From Escherichia phage MIZ4, in the sequence record OR167180: DNA of 64,000 nt, one strand, 5' to 3'. Below are positions 17,966-27,759 of this stretch, piece by piece. A program made the translations under genes and the position numbers. Below the pieces are notes generated by a model. The model did not search any database, was not told the DNA's origin, and saw nothing but the letters and a program-made list of their open reading frames with translations. Each line of letters starts with the position of its first letter. Within the stretch, counting starts at the first letter, position 1.

Positions 17966-18799
17966 TCATTCTCCGTCAGTTCGTTTCAGATATTCCAATG
18001 CCGCATATAATCTCTGAGGATCGTCTTTGAACATCCCTAATCCGGCATTACATTTTCCACAAAGAACACCTCTTATCTTACCAGTCTTATGATTATGGTC
18101 AAGATGTTTCCACTTTTGGCGTTTTCTCACGCCGCATCGTTCATTTATGAATTTTACACCGCATATCTCGCAATTGTCAACTCTGCCTAAAATTTCTAAC
18201 GCTTCTCTTTTTGATATTTTTATACCATTTTCGGCATGATGATATGGCCTATCTAGTTCTCGCTCTCGCTTCTCAAACAATCGACACTCATCAGAACAAT
18301 ACTTTTGAGATACGTTTATTGCAACAAATGGTTTACCACATTTAGCGCATTCTCGTTCAATCTTTATGTTTTGTGCTTGGTCCAACGATGCGCAACGAGA
18401 ACAGCAAAATTTATGATATCCTTTAGAGTATGTATGATAATTTACAGGATTTGGGCATCTTGCACATTTAACTATTCCTGTTATTCCGTGGCGCAATCTA
18501 TAAACAGCCTCGTTATATGGTTGTTGATTTCTGAGACCTCCATTACAGAACTTAAACTCATTCCTTATAATCTGAAATTCCGCAGGATACAATTTTTCCA
18601 TTTCTGGAATTTTATTTTCTTTAAAAAGATTTGAGTTTAGTCTATTTCCGCTTTTCGCCTCCAGAACATCAACAATAAACTTTTTGATGTTCACTTTTTC
18701 TCTCCAATACATAACATAACCATAACTTACTGCAACCGCCACAAAGACGGCTGCAACAATCATATTAAAAATTGAGTGATTGTCAAGTATATGACTCAT
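17966..18799 (-). CDS. Membrane-anchored Cys-rich protein with endonuclease VII-type HNH motif
   Basis: N-terminal TM helix (MIVAAVFVAVAVSYGYVMYW); multiple CxxC clusters; C-terminal LDHNHKTGKIRGVLCGKCNAGLGMF resembles the EndoVII/HNH His-Cys box. Confidence 0.55.
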   Translation of the reverse strand: MSHILDNHSIFNMIVAAVFVAVAVSYGYVMYWREKVNIKKFIVDVLEAKSGNRLNSNLFKENKIPEMEKLYPAEFQIIRNEFKFCNGGLRNQQPYNEAVYRLRHGITGIVKCARCPNPVNYHTYSKGYHKFCCSRCASLDQAQNIKIERECAKCGKPFVAINVSQKYCSDECRLFEKRERELDRPYHHAENGIKISKREALEILGRVDNCEICGVKFINERCGVRKRQKWKHLDHNHKTGKIRGVLCGKCNAGLGMFKDDPQRLYAALEYLKRTDGE

Positions 18800-18969
18800 G
18801 ACACGCGCACATTTTTATCATAGTACCCGCCATTAATCCCGCGCGGGGCAGTTAATCCCTGTTTGCATTCTTTACCACATTCAGGGCATTCTGCCTTTTC
18901 ACGCTCGGAAATTTTGCGGATTTTCTGAAATTGACCGTGTTCTTCACAAGAATAATCGTATAATGGCAT
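18796..18969 (-). CDS. Small zinc-ribbon protein (FmdB-like; start at MPLYDY)
   Basis: MPLYDYSCEEHGQF..CPECG pattern; ORF 18796..19050 trimmed so it does not overlap dexA. Confidence 0.45.
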   Translation of the reverse strand: MPLYDYSCEEHGQFQKIRKISEREKAECPECGKECKQGLTAPRGINGGYYDKNVRVS

Positions 18970-18970
18970 A

Positions 18971-19639
18971 TTATCCCCTTTGTTTCTTAACTGAATTTGG
19001 ATCTGGATTTTCTGGTAGGTCTTCCAGACCCATAGCATAACGTTGTGCATAGATTAGCATAAGAATATCGCGAGCGCAATCATGAATTGCATCATGTGCG
19101 ATAAAACCATCTAGCGTACCCATTGGTAACGGACACTCACACATCCCGCGATGCATCAATGTACGCTCAATGGCGGTGCGAACATCTCGGATATTCCAGA
19201 ATCGCACAGGTTCAAGGCTGAACGTCTCTCGTGTATTGTGTGCACGGCGGATCATATCAACTAGTAACGGAATATCAAACGCATTACCGCGTGACCACAA
19301 TACGGATTTAACCGGATCTACTCCTACGGCTTCACAGAATGCGTTAAAACGCGCTAAACCTTCTTTAGTTGATACTTCCGTACCATTTGTGATTAATTGC
19401 TTTCTCATGCCTTCTGAGGCGGTATTCTTCCACCATTCAACCACACCATGATCAAACACCCTTACACCTTTCTGGGAAGGAATATCAAATTTTACCAGAA
19501 AGGAATTGTCAACCAGTTCTTTAAATGTAGGTGGATTGTGCGGATCTTCTTTAAATCCGATTGCCGCCATATTGATATCCGCCCCATCAGGCGGATAACC
19601 TAAACTTTCAAAGTCAATCATTAAATCCACTGGAAGCAT
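18971..19639 (-). CDS. dexA: Exonuclease A (DnaQ-like 3'-5' exonuclease)
   Basis: DEDD-type motif MIDFESLG near the N-terminus; ~222 aa from ATG at 19639 with GGAGG SD; adjacent to dda as in T4. Confidence 0.75.
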   Translation of the reverse strand: MLPVDLMIDFESLGYPPDGADINMAAIGFKEDPHNPPTFKELVDNSFLVKFDIPSQKGVRVFDHGVVEWWKNTASEGMRKQLITNGTEVSTKEGLARFNAFCEAVGVDPVKSVLWSRGNAFDIPLLVDMIRRAHNTRETFSLEPVRFWNIRDVRTAIERTLMHRGMCECPLPMGTLDGFIAHDAIHDCARDILMLIYAQRYAMGLEDLPENPDPNSVKKQRG

Positions 19640-19640
19640 T

Positions 19641-19883
19641 TTAAATATCCTCCGCGATATGCCGGAACAACTCCAGATCGTTTTTATCCAGAATGAAACC
19701 GCTACAATCAATAATCCCGTTACCGTAATTATCGGTTAACAGTCGTTCCGTTGCCATGTATGCGCGTACTTTGTTGTTAAAATTCATTACATGTTGTGCA
19801 TAGTCACAATGAATCTTTTGACGGTTCCACGCGACAATTGATTGTAGATGTATTACATTAGCCACATTATTAATAACAACCAT
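19641..19883 (-). CDS. Hypothetical protein (80 aa)
   Basis: ORF with ATGA overlap to upstream small ORF. Confidence 0.4.
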   Translation of the reverse strand: MVVINNVANVIHLQSIVAWNRQKIHCDYAQHVMNFNNKVRAYMATERLLTDNYGNGIIDCSGFILDKNDLELFRHIAEDI

Positions 19884-19884
19884 A

Positions 19885-20052
19885 TCAAAACCCTCGCTTA
19901 GTGAAATATTCGATCATTTTATTGATACATTCAGCTTCACTGTCGCCGGATACGTTCCATCCATAATGACCCCAACTAAAACACATGGTAACAGTTCCAT
20001 TGTGACGGCGTACCGTCACATCATCAAATTCTGGGATACTTCGCATAATCAT
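19885..20052 (-). CDS. Hypothetical small protein (55 aa)
   Basis: Hand-translated ORF MIMRSIPEFDDVTVRRHNGTV.. with GAGGAAATTATTATG SD; not in ORF track (<60 aa). Confidence 0.4.
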   Translation of the reverse strand: MIMRSIPEFDDVTVRRHNGTVTMCFSWGHYGWNVSGDSEAECINKMIEYFTKRGF

Positions 20053-20062
20053 AATAATTTCC

Positions 20063-21454
20063 TCAAATATAGTCTACTCGATACCGCGCACGGGTAACAC
20101 CCACATATAATAACTGCATTGCCAATTCAAAGTCAACATTGTCTGTACACATGCAAGGAGTATACAGGAACACGCGGTCTACGCTGATCCCTTGTGACTT
20201 ATGAATGGTGCAAGCTGGTAATGCTTTTACATTCAAGAACATACGCTTCATCGTCCAGAATGAATCCCAATCTGGTTTAAATTTTGGATTCTCTTTCTTC
20301 ATTTCGCGATATTGTCCGGCGACCGTATTCAGATAGATAGAGAAAATGTTCTTCTGACGTTGTTCTGTCAGAATGTTGATTTCTACCAAATCCGGTTTAT
20401 CTGTAGTGATTCCGACTGCATCTAAACCTACTTTCTGATTTAGGATTTCTTTGTCTTCGTCATCATCGACGCTTTCCACTTTCAGAGTATATCCTAAAAC
20501 TGGTTGCGGATCTACCCCCGTGCAACGTAATGTAAATTCACGCGGGATGACCTCTTTAACTCGGATCATCTCACCATTGTTAAAAATAACATTGGGAATC
20601 TTCTTCCCGCGTTCATCTCGCAGATATTCGATCAATGGTTCCTGAGTAACCAGAATTTCATCTACAATCACTGGTTCATCGGTGTTATAAACGCGCTTAC
20701 GTACAATTTCATTGAGTTTTTCGACGCTCTTGTTAGTGTAGGCCAGAATACGGTTTTCTAGAAGGTCTTCCGGCGTTTTAACGGTTTCGAAATAATGCTT
20801 CATAAACTCCGGCAGAGTTGAGCTATGGAATACACCCTCGTTACCGCACTGCTTTTCGAATACCCATTTACCGTTACGGACAGCGGTCGCCACATCAATT
20901 ATTGGTGCATTGGACCGTTTAATCTCTGTGAGTTCTACATTCTGGAATCTTTCATCGGTGAAGAAAGGAGAGATCGACGTTGCACCGCTCGGATCAACTG
21001 GTCGTAACTGGTGCGGATCGCCAACTGCAATAACAACAATTCGACCGTTGATACTCTTCATGAGAATATCAAATAGTTTCTTATCGACCATACTCGCTTC
21101 ATCCACAATGATGATCTGAACATCATCTAGCTTAGGAGTATCTTTTTGTTCAAATACTTGAGTATCTTCATAGTTGGTCGGGTTTAGTCGCAGTAGTGCA
21201 TGTAAAGTAAATGCTTGACGACCTACCGCTTTACTCAAAACTTTTTTAGCCTGGTGTGTAGGCGTTGCCAAAACCACACCAGTTACACCACGGCGGACCA
21301 TTTCCTGAACAATGAATTTCATCATTGCGGTTTTACCAGTACCCGCCGCACCCCGGACAGTTGTATGCTTCTTTTGTTCAATGCGTTTCATTAGAACATC
21401 AAAAGCATGTTTTTGCCCGTCTGTTAACATATCGAAAGTTAATACTCTGCTCAT
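20063..21454 (-). CDS. dda: Dda DNA helicase (SF1)
   Basis: 463 aa; Walker A GAAGTGKT; strong block similarity to T4 Dda as recalled (FD.LT.GQK.AF..VMK.I..KKH, PTH.AKK.LSK, IIDVATAVRNGKW, LLYVGVTRARY). Confidence 0.9.
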   Translation of the reverse strand: MSRVLTFDMLTDGQKHAFDVLMKRIEQKKHTTVRGAAGTGKTAMMKFIVQEMVRRGVTGVVLATPTHQAKKVLSKAVGRQAFTLHALLRLNPTNYEDTQVFEQKDTPKLDDVQIIIVDEASMVDKKLFDILMKSINGRIVVIAVGDPHQLRPVDPSGATSISPFFTDERFQNVELTEIKRSNAPIIDVATAVRNGKWVFEKQCGNEGVFHSSTLPEFMKHYFETVKTPEDLLENRILAYTNKSVEKLNEIVRKRVYNTDEPVIVDEILVTQEPLIEYLRDERGKKIPNVIFNNGEMIRVKEVIPREFTLRCTGVDPQPVLGYTLKVESVDDDEDKEILNQKVGLDAVGITTDKPDLVEINILTEQRQKNIFSIYLNTVAGQYREMKKENPKFKPDWDSFWTMKRMFLNVKALPACTIHKSQGISVDRVFLYTPCMCTDNVDFELAMQLLYVGVTRARYRVDYI

Positions 21455-21768
21455 TATCCTAAAATCCTCACCTTGCGAACACAGATAGTATTGAGTTCTC
21501 GCCGTACCCGTTCTTTTTCATATTCAGGAATTTTGTATTCTATACCATCCCGAACAATTTCAGAAGACCGGATTATACCAAATTTTCTTTTAGGCACAAC
21601 CTTGTATTTCGGTTCACCTGCTAATAGACTCTCACAATAATCTATCTGATCACACATTGACGCTAACGCAGCATCATGTGTTTCGCAAGTTAGGACGCGA
21701 CCTTTCGCGTCCACTGAGTATTGAAAGAATCCGTCTTTATCACGATAACATACAGCAAATACATGCAT
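21454..21768 (-). CDS. Hypothetical protein (104 aa; dda.1 position)
   Basis: ORF immediately downstream of dda. Confidence 0.45.
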   Translation of the reverse strand: MHVFAVCYRDKDGFFQYSVDAKGRVLTCETHDAALASMCDQIDYCESLLAGEPKYKVVPKRKFGIIRSSEIVRDGIEYKIPEYEKERVRRELNTICVRKVRILG

Positions 21769-22523
21769 TATAAACCTACCTTCGCTTTCATCAATTCAAT
21801 CCACGACGCATCAATCGGAAGCCCGTATTTCACGCGTTCTTTTTGTGCTGGCGTTAAGTTCTCATACTTAGAAAGAGATTCAATCAAAACGCTGGTATAT
21901 TTTAGCACGATTTCGGTATTGTTTGCAATAGCCTTAAGTTTTTCTTCTTTCTTGTTGATTTCGCTAAGGGCTTGCTTGAGATCTGCAATTTTCTGATAAC
22001 GTTCTTCCATACGGAAGAGAGTATTTTTAATCGCTCGCTCGGCTGCCTCTGCTTTCTCCGGTTCGTTGTGCTTTTTGTGGCGCTCGATTGCTAATTTCTT
22101 TTCTTCGATTGCCAGTTCCTGATTTTTGATTCGATTCTCGTTAAGTTCGATCCACTCGATGTACTTCGCACGTAGGGCAATTTCATCATCAGAAAGTTTA
22201 CCGTTAGTTCCTAGTTCCTGGATCTCTTTAAGAGATTCGATAGTGTGATTGCCACGGAAAGAATTATATTTCAGTTTAACCGGAATTACATTGCCATCAA
22301 CATATCCCAGATTGCAATCAATGCGCTCTAAGGATAGTCCATCATCACCTTCACCGAAAGCCTCACCGGAATAGGCGCAATGAGTCTGTCGGTAAATGTT
22401 ACGCACAGTGACTAAGCTCATAGAGAAGTCTTTGTTGCGACGTGAAGCACCAGCCATGATAGAGTTCAGCCGGAAAACAACCAGCGCCAATTCTTCGTTA
22501 GATTTAAAAGCAAACAGTTTCAT
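21768..22523 (-). CDS. Hypothetical coiled-coil protein (251 aa; Srd-like by position)
   Basis: Size and location match T4 srd; sequence identity not verified. Confidence 0.45.
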   Translation of the reverse strand: MKLFAFKSNEELALVVFRLNSIMAGASRRNKDFSMSLVTVRNIYRQTHCAYSGEAFGEGDDGLSLERIDCNLGYVDGNVIPVKLKYNSFRGNHTIESLKEIQELGTNGKLSDDEIALRAKYIEWIELNENRIKNQELAIEEKKLAIERHKKHNEPEKAEAAERAIKNTLFRMEERYQKIADLKQALSEINKKEEKLKAIANNTEIVLKYTSVLIESLSKYENLTPAQKERVKYGLPIDASWIELMKAKVGL

Positions 22524-22551
22524 AATTGATTCTCCTTAGTTGGCATGTGTG

Positions 22552-22581
22552 TATTATTGTCTATCTGGTTTGTGCTGTCAA
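22552..22581 (-). promoter_or_regulatory. Sigma70-like early promoter (TTGACA-18-ATAATA)
   Basis: Minus-strand motif upstream of ORF 21768..22523. Confidence 0.4.
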
Positions 22582-22584
22582 CAC

Positions 22585-23088
22585 TTAAATTAAAGAAAAT
22601 TTGTAAATCTCTATCAGATCGCCATTACACGCGTAAACTTCCTCGATCTCATCAAGGATCATGGTCGTCCCTGTCTTGTATATGCACTCGCGCTCATCTG
22701 CCAACATAGCATACAAAGACAGTCGAGTAGTCGGATTGTCATACTCTTTAGACACCACTCGGTCAATAGCATGTTCGTAATAATTCATGCAAGGCTTGGT
22801 AGGTTTTATTGCAATAATCTTTCCTGTTGCATAAACATCGGTTGCAAAGTCCTCTGCTGTTGATTGCAGTGGCGTAAAGCTCATAGGACGCTCTACAACG
22901 AAAGAATCACCTACAATTAAGGTATCCAGCTTACGACCTTCTCTTTTGCTCACACCGCGATACAAGGCTTCATGATGCACTAACCGCTCAGTCTTTTCAA
23001 TCAATCCATTAAGGATCGACATATCGATATTTTCTTTAGAGTTCATCACCTCATCAATGATGTTAAGTTCTTCTGGTGTAAATTGCAT
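22585..23088 (-). CDS. Putative ADP-ribosyltransferase (ModA/ModB-like)
   Basis: R / S-x-T / E-x-E catalytic triad candidates (ALYRGV, MSFTPL, DERECIY); size and position match the T4 mod genes. Confidence 0.55.
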   Translation of the reverse strand: MQFTPEELNIIDEVMNSKENIDMSILNGLIEKTERLVHHEALYRGVSKREGRKLDTLIVGDSFVVERPMSFTPLQSTAEDFATDVYATGKIIAIKPTKPCMNYYEHAIDRVVSKEYDNPTTRLSLYAMLADERECIYKTGTTMILDEIEEVYACNGDLIEIYKFSLI

Positions 23089-23157
23089 AATAAAAAAGCC
23101 TCCAATCTTTCGATGGGAGGCATAATAAAACCATTATAGAGTAGTGTCAACTAATTT

Positions 23158-23682
23158 TTAGTAGCCGCGTTCTTGACGGGCGAAGTTTTCAGCATTTTTC
23201 AGATAGTACAGAATAAAGAGTTCTTGAGCGTCAATACCCAGCGGGATCATCTTTGACAGAATGAAGTGGATCGCGTCCACAAATTCAAATTTCACTTCAA
23301 GCTGATCTTCTGGTGACAGTTCAGAGAATTTACGCGCTCGCGCTTCTCCGTGGTTCTTTTTCCACATTTTCCAGATTGCACTTGCATCTTTACCATTGGA
23401 CATTCCACCCAGCGATGTGTAAAGCTCTCGTGTTTCGTCTGCGATAGCGTCATCCATCCGTTGCATCCAATCCAGCATTTCACCGCAAGTCTCTAGCTTA
23501 GTTGGATTTGGGACCCAATCAAATTTTTCGGATAATGCAACCTGCAAACCAGTTTGCATTTCGAGCATCACCTGAAACGGATCTTTACCTTCTGCAATCG
23601 CGTGATGATATGCGGCGATAGCCGCGTTAATATCTTTTTCGTTAACCAGACCAGCACAAGAATTAAATTCTGACATATTCAC
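23158..23682 (-). CDS. 56: dCTP pyrophosphatase gp56-like (MazG-type NTP pyrophosphohydrolase)
   Basis: 174 aa; block similarity to T4 gp56 as recalled (DPFQVMLEMQ, PEDQLEVKFEFVD, LYYLKNAENFARQERGY); position upstream of primase. Confidence 0.7.
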   Translation of the reverse strand: MNMSEFNSCAGLVNEKDINAAIAAYHHAIAEGKDPFQVMLEMQTGLQVALSEKFDWVPNPTKLETCGEMLDWMQRMDDAIADETRELYTSLGGMSNGKDASAIWKMWKKNHGEARARKFSELSPEDQLEVKFEFVDAIHFILSKMIPLGIDAQELFILYYLKNAENFARQERGY

Positions 23683-23690
23683 CTCATTAA

Positions 23691-24719
23691 TTAAAATTTA
23701 CAATATTTCATAAACCGCATTTTAGCCATCAGACCTTGTACGGTGTTCTCTTTGATGTATTCCATGATCTGGTCGCGTGTAGCGCCCTCGTCCTGAATCA
23801 TGGCGTTAACGTCTTTAGAATGCCACGGGCAACGATCCCACAATACAATCTTTTCCCCTGCATTGATAAACTTTTCCAGTCGGTGCATTGTATCGGCAGA
23901 CCGTGGTTCCGCATCAAGTACAAACACTCGCTGGTCTGGGAAAGGGATTTCATCTAATCCCAAAGTACCGCCAGTAATTGCACACCCGTTATCAATAAAC
24001 AATGAATCGATCGGACCTTCTAAGAAATACACTGGTTTACTCGGATCGGCGCGTTCAAGACCATAGACCTTACTCGCTAACTCATGAGTTTTAATCGTCA
24101 TATATTTGGTCTTTCCGTAATCCTTTCTCAATGCTCGCCCCTGAATGGATTCTATCTTGTTCTCGCGGTTAAAGATAGGAATCACTAAACGCGGTTCAGG
24201 TTGTGGATTCTTGAAAGTATCAGCCTTAATGTGATTTGCTACCTTTTGCCATTCTCTCGTGAAATACAGAAGATCCCATTTATCGTGAGGGATGCAACGA
24301 TCACTGACATACTTTATTATAGGATGATTAGCCGGAAGAGTATCTAATCTCTCGCAGAAAGGCAATGTTTGCACTTTCTTAATCTCCGGCTTTTCTACCT
24401 TTTTCAGTGGCTTGAACGTGGTGTTCTTGTGGTCGCCTTGTTCCTTCCGTCGTTCCATAAGCCATTCCCTGAATAGGTCCGGCTTATACTGTTTGAGAAA
24501 TTCACCTAACGGCTGATTGTAGTTACAGTTGAAACAGCCGCAACGCAAACTATCCTTATAGGTATAGATACGGAATCGCGCTTGAGTATGATTTTTCTTT
24601 GAGTCACCGCAGATCGGACAACTACAGACCAGCGTAAATGAACTAGTATGCAACCGTTTAAAATTTCGTTCGCCGTATATGGCTTTTTCCGCTATTTCAT
24701 AATCTGCGTAGTAAATCAT
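23691..24719 (-). CDS. 61: DNA primase gp61
   Basis: 342 aa, same length as T4 gp61; N-terminal zinc-binding region CSCPICGDS..C..C; synteny with 41. Confidence 0.85.
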   Translation of the reverse strand: MIYYADYEIAEKAIYGERNFKRLHTSSFTLVCSCPICGDSKKNHTQARFRIYTYKDSLRCGCFNCNYNQPLGEFLKQYKPDLFREWLMERRKEQGDHKNTTFKPLKKVEKPEIKKVQTLPFCERLDTLPANHPIIKYVSDRCIPHDKWDLLYFTREWQKVANHIKADTFKNPQPEPRLVIPIFNRENKIESIQGRALRKDYGKTKYMTIKTHELASKVYGLERADPSKPVYFLEGPIDSLFIDNGCAITGGTLGLDEIPFPDQRVFVLDAEPRSADTMHRLEKFINAGEKIVLWDRCPWHSKDVNAMIQDEGATRDQIMEYIKENTVQGLMAKMRFMKYCKF

Positions 24720-24728
24720 AATAACCTC

Positions 24729-24932
24729 TTATAGCTCAAATTTCATGAAAGTTCCTACACTTTCATTTTCATTCTCTCCGTTTTCATCTAAGCCAAATTT
24801 GTAGACACTACCATCTGGCGATGTGTAAGAGAATACACGAAAACGTCCTACTGGGTCAAGTTCTGTAAATTCATATTCTTTTCCGGCTTCAAAAAGTGCA
24901 TATGTGCTTTTAAGACATTTCATCGTAATCAT
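24729..24932 (-). CDS. Hypothetical protein (67 aa)
   Basis: ORF; ATGA overlap with upstream small ORF. Confidence 0.45.
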   Translation of the reverse strand: MITMKCLKSTYALFEAGKEYEFTELDPVGRFRVFSYTSPDGSVYKFGLDENGENENESVGTFMKFEL

Positions 24933-25072
24933 TTAAGCGCCACCGACAACAGAATGAGAACTACACCAACATACATTGTGATCTCGGATAACTTTTCTGT
25001 TTTTGTTTTGTGTCCAGATAATCCGAAAACAACAACACCGATAATAGCGGACAGCAAGCCAACGATAAACAT
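24929..25072 (-). CDS. Small two-TM membrane protein (47 aa)
   Basis: Hand-translated MFIVGLLSAIIGVVVFGLSGHKTKTEKLSEITMYVGVVLILLSVALK; stop overlaps the next start (ATGA). Confidence 0.4.
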   Translation of the reverse strand: MFIVGLLSAIIGVVVFGLSGHKTKTEKLSEITMYVGVVLILLSVALK

Positions 25073-25079
25073 GATGATA

Positions 25080-25256
25080 CTAAGCACCGTCTTTCTCCTT
25101 TTTGCGTTTTTCTTTACCCGCTACACTAGGTCCACGATTGGTAATAGATCCGCTCGTTTCACCTGCTGCGATCTTCTCAGGATTGCCGCCAGCATCGCCA
25201 GCGGTCATATCTTCTTTGAGTTTATTTTCTTCAACAAACTGTTTAAATCCAATCAT
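25080..25256 (-). CDS. Small hydrophilic protein (58 aa)
   Basis: Hand-translated MIGFKQFVEENKLKEDMTAGDAGGNPEKIAAGETSG..; start overlaps upstream stop (ATGA). Confidence 0.35.
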   Translation of the reverse strand: MIGFKQFVEENKLKEDMTAGDAGGNPEKIAAGETSGSITNRGPSVAGKEKRKKEKDGA

Positions 25257-25630
25257 AGAATAATCTCTTTCAGTAAGTCAACAATCTGGTCTTTCGTCAG
25301 TTTATCCTGATTCTCTACAATCTTGATAACACAAGCATTAACATCTTTTCGAGTCACGCGGGAGATCGTTTTAATACGATGAAACGGTTCGTAGAAATAT
25401 ACTGCTTCATTATAGAGAGCGGATACTTTACGACGCATTTGATCTTTATCTGACAAGAAAACAAGTGCTGTTTTATGACCTTCTACACCCGCCACGTTAT
25501 ATAGTTCAGCAACACCCCAGCGACCTTCCGGTTCAATCATTCCGGCGTGTTTACCGTCGATAAAAATAAGAATATCTCCGTTGAATGCGGTTTTGAATGC
25601 TACATCTTCCGGCGTAATCATATTTTTCAT
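25253..25630 (-). CDS. Hypothetical protein (125 aa)
   Basis: ORF in the 41-61 interval. Confidence 0.5.
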   Translation of the reverse strand: MKNMITPEDVAFKTAFNGDILIFIDGKHAGMIEPEGRWGVAELYNVAGVEGHKTALVFLSDKDQMRRKVSALYNEAVYFYEPFHRIKTISRVTRKDVNACVIKIVENQDKLTKDQIVDLLKEIIL

Positions 25631-25660
25631 AATATAGTCTCCTTAGAGTTTCATTATAGA

Positions 25661-26296
25661 TCAAGCGAATGTAGAAAGCAAATGTTTTGTTTCTTTCAGT
25701 TGTCGTTCAAGATCTTTGCGTTTCTCTTTAAGTTGCATTTTAGCATTATTTCGCTGTTTTTCAACATCTTTATCAATGCTCTTATTCCAGTTATCAATAT
25801 CAGAATAAGTTGGCATACCCAATTCTAGACCTAATGCGGTTGGATACAGGGTAACAGTCCATAAACCGCTAATCTTCTTAAATAGGTCTGGGTGTAGTGT
25901 ACTATCTACATCTTCCGGTGTCAACTCTTTTTCTTCTTTCGGTGGTGGGATCTCGTCATATGGTTCCAGTGCATTTACTTTAATATCAGATACCTCATCA
26001 AAGAATCCGCGTACATCCGCAGGAAATACACAAGCAATTTCCCAACCGTGATCACGCAGAGAAGTAATATTTTTCACTCCCCCACCATGTGTGATGATTG
26101 ATGTGACATTGCCATCGAGGTCCACCGAATTTACGAGAAATGGCTTATCGTCTGTCAGATCATTATAAAACTGTGCTTCGGCTGTAGTCATCTCCAGAAA
26201 CAGATCTCGGATCGGACGACCATCAGGTGCGTTACCTTCCTTGAGAGTATAAAAGCGACTTACGATCCATTTTGGCGGTAAAGCATTAGCGATCAT
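25661..26296 (-). CDS. Hypothetical protein (211 aa)
   Basis: ORF in the 41-61 interval. Confidence 0.5.
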   Translation of the reverse strand: MIANALPPKWIVSRFYTLKEGNAPDGRPIRDLFLEMTTAEAQFYNDLTDDKPFLVNSVDLDGNVTSIITHGGGVKNITSLRDHGWEIACVFPADVRGFFDEVSDIKVNALEPYDEIPPPKEEKELTPEDVDSTLHPDLFKKISGLWTVTLYPTALGLELGMPTYSDIDNWNKSIDKDVEKQRNNAKMQLKEKRKDLERQLKETKHLLSTFA

Positions 26297-26346
26297 GTTA
26301 TATCTCCTATCAAATCATTCACCAGCGCCCCGCAGGGCGCGTTTTA

Positions 26347-27759
26347 TTAGAAAGTCATGTTATTTGCTAGCTCGTCGAGTTTTTCTCGTTTCTCGGCTTG
26401 CTGTGCGCTTTGTGGTTTAACTTGTGCATTCTCCTGATCTGCGATCTGGTTTGGTACTTCATACCAACGCTGATTGCCTTTCTTCACACCAACGTTAAAC
26501 CGTGAATAATAGTTCTTATCACCGTAACGAGACTTGATCTGCTTCATGAGTTGGACGCCCATTTTAGCCAGGTCTTCGGTTTCGATAACACCCAACATAA
26601 AGTCGGCAGTAGCCGGAAGACCTGCTGATTCAGCGGTATCACTCATGTTAAGGTCGGAAGCATCCCAACCCGCGCGGGTAGTCTGTGCCGCAGTCCAACC
26701 AACAACATCCCACTTAACAAAAAATCCTCGCAGTTCTTCCGCAATCGCCTTAACTAGTGTGTAACTATTTTCAGAGTATACACGCAAGCGAGACGATGCG
26801 CAAATCCCAAGATAGTCAACAATCACAACATCAGGTTTAAACTGTTTCTTGAGTCGCAATTCATTCATTAACGCCTCAAAGTGATTGGAGTTCGCGCCAC
26901 CAGTCGGATACTGCTTGATCATCAATTTTCCAACCGGACGATCTCCGATCTTCTTATTCTTAACACGCTTCATGCGTGCGGAATATTCCGCAAAAGAAAC
27001 ATTACCATTATCCAATTCATCTAATGTAATGTCAAGCAAGTTTGCGTCGATACGTTTGGCTACGACATGCTCTGCCATCTCCATTGAGATATACAATACA
27101 TCATAACCACATTCCATATAATCCGCAGCAAGAGAACACAATCCAAGCGATTTACCAACGTTTACACCAGCAAGCAACACATTTAGCGTTTTTCTTTCCG
27201 CCCCTCCTTTCGTGATTTTATTCAACATCGGCAGCTTAAACGGGATCTTATTCGCCTTAGTCTGATATAGCAAGAATCGTTTTTCAAAGTCATTAAACCA
27301 GTCATGACCTACATCAGAATCAAACGTAATGGATAGTGCTTCCTGCATGATCTCAGGAATAGCACCCTCACTAGGCAATTTCTTATTCTGTTTCTCTTTT
27401 GGTAGTTGTGCGTTCGCCTGAATCTCTAGCGCCCGTGACATTGCATTGTACATAGCACGGTCACGAATAAATTTTTCGGTTTCCTTCATTAACCAATCAA
27501 GGTCTTCCGGTGTATTCTCAAGCGAATCAAGAAGAGTTTTAGCCCCTTCATATGTTGTCTGATTGCCTCTCTCCTTGTCTAAAGCAATCTGTAATGCAGT
27601 TGGCGTAGGAATATTGGAATATTCGTCTACGTGCTTTTTAATCAGCTTATAAATCAGTTTTTCTTCGTCTTCGGTGAAGTAGTCCGCTTTAAGGTGAGGC
27701 CATACATTCGTAAAGAATGCGCCATTGTAAATCAACTGTGAAAAGATAGTTTTAATCAT
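26347..27759 (-). CDS. 41: Replicative DNA helicase gp41 (DnaB-like)
   Basis: 470 aa; Walker A GVNVGKS; DnaB-family layout; synteny 41-61. Confidence 0.9.
   Translation of the reverse strand: MIKTIFSQLIYNGAFFTNVWPHLKADYFTEDEEKLIYKLIKKHVDEYSNIPTPTALQIALDKERGNQTTYEGAKTLLDSLENTPEDLDWLMKETEKFIRDRAMYNAMSRALEIQANAQLPKEKQNKKLPSEGAIPEIMQEALSITFDSDVGHDWFNDFEKRFLLYQTKANKIPFKLPMLNKITKGGAERKTLNVLLAGVNVGKSLGLCSLAADYMECGYDVLYISMEMAEHVVAKRIDANLLDITLDELDNGNVSFAEYSARMKRVKNKKIGDRPVGKLMIKQYPTGGANSNHFEALMNELRLKKQFKPDVVIVDYLGICASSRLRVYSENSYTLVKAIAEELRGFFVKWDVVGWTAAQTTRAGWDASDLNMSDTAESAGLPATADFMLGVIETEDLAKMGVQLMKQIKSRYGDKNYYSRFNVGVKKGNQRWYEVPNQIADQENAQVKPQSAQQAEKREKLDELANNMTF

Noticed and set aside
24954-25310. 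118-aa plus-strand ORF in the 61-41 interval
   Set aside because: Antisense to two hand-translated minus-strand mini-genes that show translational coupling; no SD.
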